Assembly: GCA_050013715.1 (NCBI GenBank)
Contig: JBEKES010000001.1
Coordinates: 8,889 to 72,888 of the forward strand
Reading direction: 5' to 3'
DNA length: 64,000 bases
Source: Candidatus Micrarchaeaceae archaeon
GTDB lineage: Archaea > Micrarchaeota > Micrarchaeia > Micrarchaeales > Micrarchaeaceae
Below, piece by piece: positions 60,043 to 64,000 of the stretch (the first letter of the stretch is position 1; the number at the start of each line of letters is the position of its first letter). The notes below the pieces were generated by a model, which was given only the letters and a program-made list of their open reading frames with translations, ran no database searches and was not told where the DNA came from. Made by a program: the position numbers and the translations under genes.

Positions 60043-61962
60043 ATGGAAAATAACGAATATAGCGCAAAGGACATAATAGCCCTTTCCGGGACCGAGGGAG
60101 TCAGGAAAAGGCCCGCAATGTACATCGGATCTACTGGTGTGAAAGGGTTCATACATTTGCTCTATGAAGTGGTGGACAACGCAATAGATGAAGCACAGGC
60201 AGGCTACGCCAAAAGCATAATAATAACACTAATGAGAGATCAGGATGTTGATGTTGCAGAAGTAACTGATAATGGTAGAGGAATACCAACGGATATGATG
60301 GAAAAGGAAAAGAAGTCTGCGCTTGAAGTTATAATGACATCGTTGCACACCGGAGCGAAATTCGACAACAAGATCTATAAAGTATCTGGAGGGCTTCACG
60401 GTGTAGGACTTACTGTTGTTAATTCTTTGTCTGAATTTACCCAAGTCACAATAAAAAGAAACGGGAAAATATACCAGCAAACATTCGGCAAGGGAATGGT
60501 TGTAACTCCTTTGGAAACATTGGGATCAACCGAAGGAAGTGAAACTGGCACATCAATAAAATTCAAACCCGACACTACTATATTTTCTGCAAGAAGCTTT
60601 GATTCAATAGAACTTAATGAGCGTCTTAAGGAACTAGGATTTCTAAATCCTGGAATAAAATTGGTGCTTGTTGATAACAGAGATCCAACAAATCCAAAAA
60701 CAACAGATTATACGTCTCAAAGAGGTATACATGACTTTCTCGAATTTGTAAAAGGGAGCAAAGAAGCACTTACCAAGCCCATCATAGTAAGCAAGCAAAC
60801 CGATTCCATAAAAATAGATTTAGGCATGCAATACGTGAACAGCTATGCAGAAGACCTTCTTTCTTTCGTAAATAAAATAAGAACTCCAGAAGGTGGAACC
60901 CACGTAATAGGTTTCAGGTCTGCACTCACAAGGGCTATAACCAATTACATGCAGAAAAACTCCAAGAAACTAGGAAAGCAAACTGCGGATGTGCAGGGCG
61001 AAGACACTAGGGAAGGTCTTGTGGCAATAATATCCATTTCGATGCAGAACCCTGAATTCGAGGGGCAGACAAAGGAAAAACTGGGAAACAGCACTGTGAA
61101 AAGCATTGTGGACAGCACTTTATACTCAACGCTATCTACCTATCTTGAAGAAAATCCAACCGATGCTGCAAACATAATAAGAAAGATAATGAGCACAGCA
61201 GAGGCAAGGGAGGCATCAAGAAGGGCAAGAGAGCTTTCAAGGAAAAAAAGCCTTTTCGAAGGATCTGTTCTTCCCGGGAAGCTTGCAGATTGCACCGAAA
61301 GCGATCCATCCAAATCAGAAATATTTATCGTAGAAGGAGTAAGTGCGGCAGGTTCAAGCAAACAGGGAAGAGACCGCCATTTTCAGGCAATATTGCCATT
61401 GAAAGGAAAAGTCCTCAATGTGGAAAAAGCATCAGATGAAAAAATATTCAACAACTCGGAACTTCACCTTATGGTCACTGCGTTCGGCGTAGGAATCAGA
61501 GAATCATTCAATCCTGAGAATTTGAGATATCATAAGATAATACTTCTGACAGATGCAGACGTTGACGGAAGCCACATAAGAACGCTTCTTCTTACGTTCT
61601 TTTACAGATACATGCGACCTCTAATAGAAAAGGGAAATATCTACATAGCACAGCCCCCTCTTTACAGAATAACAAAAGGAAAGGAGTCAAAATATCTTTA
61701 TTCTGATGCAGAGCTCAATGTGGCAATGCAGGGCTATGAAGGCAAAGCGGCCATACAACGTTACAAAGGTCTTGGAGAAATGAATCCCGAGCAATTATGG
61801 GATACAACGATGAACCCTGCAAATCGAATGCTCAAGCGAATAACAATAAAAGATGCTAGAATAGCTGACAGCATATTCTCTATACTCATGGGCGTAGATG
61901 TGGAACAGAGAAGGCACTATCTTGAAGAGCACTCAAGTGAAGTAACATTCCTTGATATATGA
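60043..61962 (+). CDS. gyrB: DNA gyrase subunit B
   Basis: GVRKRPAMYIGS, YEVVDNAIDEA, GGLHGVG, the Toprim EIFIVEGVSAGGS-like EIFIVEGVSAAGS, and LLTDADVDGSHI. Confidence 0.95.
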   Translation: MENNEYSAKDIIALSGTEGVRKRPAMYIGSTGVKGFIHLLYEVVDNAIDEAQAGYAKSIIITLMRDQDVDVAEVTDNGRGIPTDMMEKEKKSALEVIMTSLHTGAKFDNKIYKVSGGLHGVGLTVVNSLSEFTQVTIKRNGKIYQQTFGKGMVVTPLETLGSTEGSETGTSIKFKPDTTIFSARSFDSIELNERLKELGFLNPGIKLVLVDNRDPTNPKTTDYTSQRGIHDFLEFVKGSKEALTKPIIVSKQTDSIKIDLGMQYVNSYAEDLLSFVNKIRTPEGGTHVIGFRSALTRAITNYMQKNSKKLGKQTADVQGEDTREGLVAIISISMQNPEFEGQTKEKLGNSTVKSIVDSTLYSTLSTYLEENPTDAANIIRKIMSTAEAREASRRARELSRKKSLFEGSVLPGKLADCTESDPSKSEIFIVEGVSAAGSSKQGRDRHFQAILPLKGKVLNVEKASDEKIFNNSELHLMVTAFGVGIRESFNPENLRYHKIILLTDADVDGSHIRTLLLTFFYRYMRPLIEKGNIYIAQPPLYRITKGKESKYLYSDAELNVAMQGYEGKAAIQRYKGLGEMNPEQLWDTTMNPANRMLKRITIKDARIADSIFSILMGVDVEQRRHYLEEHSSEVTFLDI

Positions 61963-61971
61963 TTGATGTGA

Positions 61972-64000
61972 ATGGCCGAACCAATAGATTCAAACATTGA
62001 AAAAGAGATGCAATCAAGCTACATCGATTACGCCATGAGCGTAATAGTTGGCAGAGCACTACCCGATGCGCGAGATGGTTTGAAGCCAGCACAAAGAAGA
62101 ATATTATATGCAATGTACAGGATAAACAACACGCATGAGAATCCGACAAAGAAGAGCGCAAGAATTGTCGGAGAAATTATCGGAAAGTATCATCCTCATG
62201 GAGATGTTGCTGCCTATGAAACGCTTGTAAGAATGGCGCAAGAGTTCTCAATGAATTATATGTTTGTCGAAGGTCAGGGAAACATGGGATCAATTGACGG
62301 AGATCCACCAGCCGCGCAAAGATACACAGAAGTAAGACTAAGCAAGATAGCCGGTGAAATGCTTGAGGACTTGGACAAGCAATCAGTAAAGTTTGTCCCT
62401 AATTTCGACAATACTGAAGAGGAACCTCTTCTATTGCCTTCAAAGCTTCCAAATCTTTTATTGAATGGAGCATCTGGAATTGCAGTTGGTGTTGCAACAA
62501 ACATAATGCCGCACAATCTTTCGGAGCTTTGCGATGCTGTAGCGGCATTTATTAAAAACAAGGAAATTACTTCTGAAGAACTGTTGCAGTATATTCAAGG
62601 TCCTGATCTTCCAACTGGAGGAATTGTATTTTATGATAATGCACTTGTTTCTTCATACATTACTGGACGAGGAAGCATTACCATAAGGGGAAAAGCAGCA
62701 GTAGAAAAAATAAAAAACAAAAATACGATAATAATTACCGAAATACCCTATACTGTCAACAAGGCAAACATGGTAGAAACGATAGCCAATCTTGTAAAGG
62801 CAAAGAAGATAATCGGCATTTCGGATCTAAGGGACGAAAGCGGAAAGGAAGGAATACGCGTAGTTATAGAATTGAAGCAGGACGCTGATCCAGACTTAAT
62901 ACTAAACTTGCTATACAAGCATTCACAACTTGAAATATCTCTTCCGGTAATGAACATAGCCGTAATAGGAAACAATCTTGTTACGCTAAACCTTAAGCAA
63001 TTCATAAAAATATTCATAGACCACAGAATCGACGTAATAAGAAAGCGAACGCAATTCGATTTCAACATCGCTTCAGATAGGTTGCACATTGTTGAAGGAC
63101 TTCTCATAGCTGTGGATGACATAGACAACGTAATAACTGCAATAAAGAAAAGTTCCGACATAAAAGAGGCAAGAAATACTCTTATGGGTAAGTATTCCAT
63201 ATCTGAAAAGCAGGCTAACGCCATACTTGATATGAAGTTAAGCAAATTGACGAACCTTGAAACAGGTTCACTTGAATCTGAAAAGAAGGAATTAGTGCAA
63301 AACATTACTGATTATAAGAAAATACTTGAAGACGAGAACAAGATCTACGAAATAATAGAAACCGAAACGAAATACCTAAAGGGAAAATATGGAAGGGAAA
63401 GACGCACAGTGATAGACAAGAACGTTCCCGAAAAGGAATTCGACAGAGAAGATCTAATTTCCGACGATGATGCAATTGTAATACTCACAAGCAATAATTA
63501 CGTCAAGAGAATACCAACAAAGAATTACAGGTCCCAGGACAGGGGAGGCAAGGGAGTAATAACGATGCAATTGAAAGAAGGGGACTTTGTAAAGGAAATA
63601 ATATCCTGCAAATTGAAGGATTATCTGCTTCTCATATCAAACAAGGGAAGAGCCTACTGGCTCAAGGCCTACATGGTTCCGGAAGAAAGCAGATACAGCA
63701 TGGGCAAAGCCGCAGTGAATCTAGTAAAGCTTACCGAAAATGAGAAAGTCGCAAACATAATCAATACAAAAATATTCGATGAAGCATATCTGACATTCAT
63801 AACAGCAAAGGGCAGAATAAAACGAGTGCGAGCAGACAAATTCTCAAGGCCGAGATCAAATGGAATACTGGCAATACCTATACCTCAAGGAGATGAGCTT
63901 GCAGATGTTTGCTTATCTGATGGAAAATCAGAATTATTCATAGCAACAAAGCTGGGCAAGGCTCTCAGGTTCAGCGAAAGCGACATAAGGCCAATGGGAA
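61972..64000 (+). CDS. gyrA: DNA gyrase subunit A (3' end outside the window; not in the ORF track because no stop is reached)
   Basis: Hand translation from ATG 61972 gives [53 protein letters not shown] and the active-site region [10 protein letters not shown]. The frame is open to the window end. Confidence 0.95.
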   Translation, partial: MAEPIDSNIEKEMQSSYIDYAMSVIVGRALPDARDGLKPAQRRILYAMYRINNTHENPTKKSARIVGEIIGKYHPHGDVAAYETLVRMAQEFSMNYMFVEGQGNMGSIDGDPPAAQRYTEVRLSKIAGEMLEDLDKQSVKFVPNFDNTEEEPLLLPSKLPNLLLNGASGIAVGVATNIMPHNLSELCDAVAAFIKNKEITSEELLQYIQGPDLPTGGIVFYDNALVSSYITGRGSITIRGKAAVEKIKNKNTIIITEIPYTVNKANMVETIANLVKAKKIIGISDLRDESGKEGIRVVIELKQDADPDLILNLLYKHSQLEISLPVMNIAVIGNNLVTLNLKQFIKIFIDHRIDVIRKRTQFDFNIASDRLHIVEGLLIAVDDIDNVITAIKKSSDIKEARNTLMGKYSISEKQANAILDMKLSKLTNLETGSLESEKKELVQNITDYKKILEDENKIYEIIETETKYLKGKYGRERRTVIDKNVPEKEFDREDLISDDDAIVILTSNNYVKRIPTKNYRSQDRGGKGVITMQLKEGDFVKEIISCKLKDYLLLISNKGRAYWLKAYMVPEESRYSMGKAAVNLVKLTENEKVANIINTKIFDEAYLTFITAKGRIKRVRADKFSRPRSNGILAIPIPQGDELADVCLSDGKSELFIATKLGKALRFSESDIRPMG

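Noticed and set aside
1-64000. A CRISPR array, rRNA genes, and IS elements or transposases.
   Set aside because: No regularly spaced direct repeats, no rRNA-like conserved stretches and no transposase- or integrase-like ORFs were seen on either strand.

Overview
The window is a gene-dense (about 90% coding) archaeal chromosome segment of roughly 40% GC by eye. Archaeal identity is shown by family-B DNA polymerase, PCNA, RadA, TFE, ribosomal proteins L15e and L44e, aIF2-alpha, Pcc1, RNase P Rpp21, AglB/STT3, diphthine synthase and intron-containing tRNAs. Small tightly packed genes, a long multi-unit tRNA-splicing endonuclease and a T-loop tRNA intron suggest a DPANN, Micrarchaeota/ARMAN-like lineage. 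That lineage call is inference, not proof. Core content: polB, purB, map, class Ia ribonucleotide reductase nrdAB, purM, PCNA, the uL3-uL4-uL23-uL2-uS19-uL22-uS3 cluster, aglB, radA-dph5-endA and gyrB-gyrA (gyrA runs off the 3' end). There are four tRNA genes: initiator Met, plus Ile-UAU, Gly-CCC and Lys-CUU, which each carry an intron. No rRNA, CRISPR array, transposase or integrase was seen. The best candidate for an undescribed system is a minus-strand ORFan operon at 23078-25340. It is built from three tandem paralogous small proteins plus one distant paralog, sharing an invariant G-x-C-x-I-R-I-x-M-S core and an xLQL C-terminal tail. It sits inside a roughly 7.5 kb island (18.8-26.3 kb) made only of hypothetical, secreted, ankyrin-like and small DNA-binding-like genes. 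Other points worth a second look: a tRNA-Lys with a 33-nt intron at T-loop position 59/60 lying 1.7 kb from a 389-aa three-unit EndA, a tRNA-Ile with a UAU anticodon, and a free-standing LAGLIDADG endonuclease whose stop codon lies inside a tRNA-Gly gene. Also notable are a purB start-codon anomaly, an in-frame TGA behind a perfect ribosome-binding site, a metallothionein-like Cys/Gly tail on a radical SAM enzyme, Lys/Ala/Pro-rich extensions on uL22 and TFE, and a very regular GTGAT-N3-ATG Shine-Dalgarno signal. All family assignments come from motif recognition by eye; no database search was possible.
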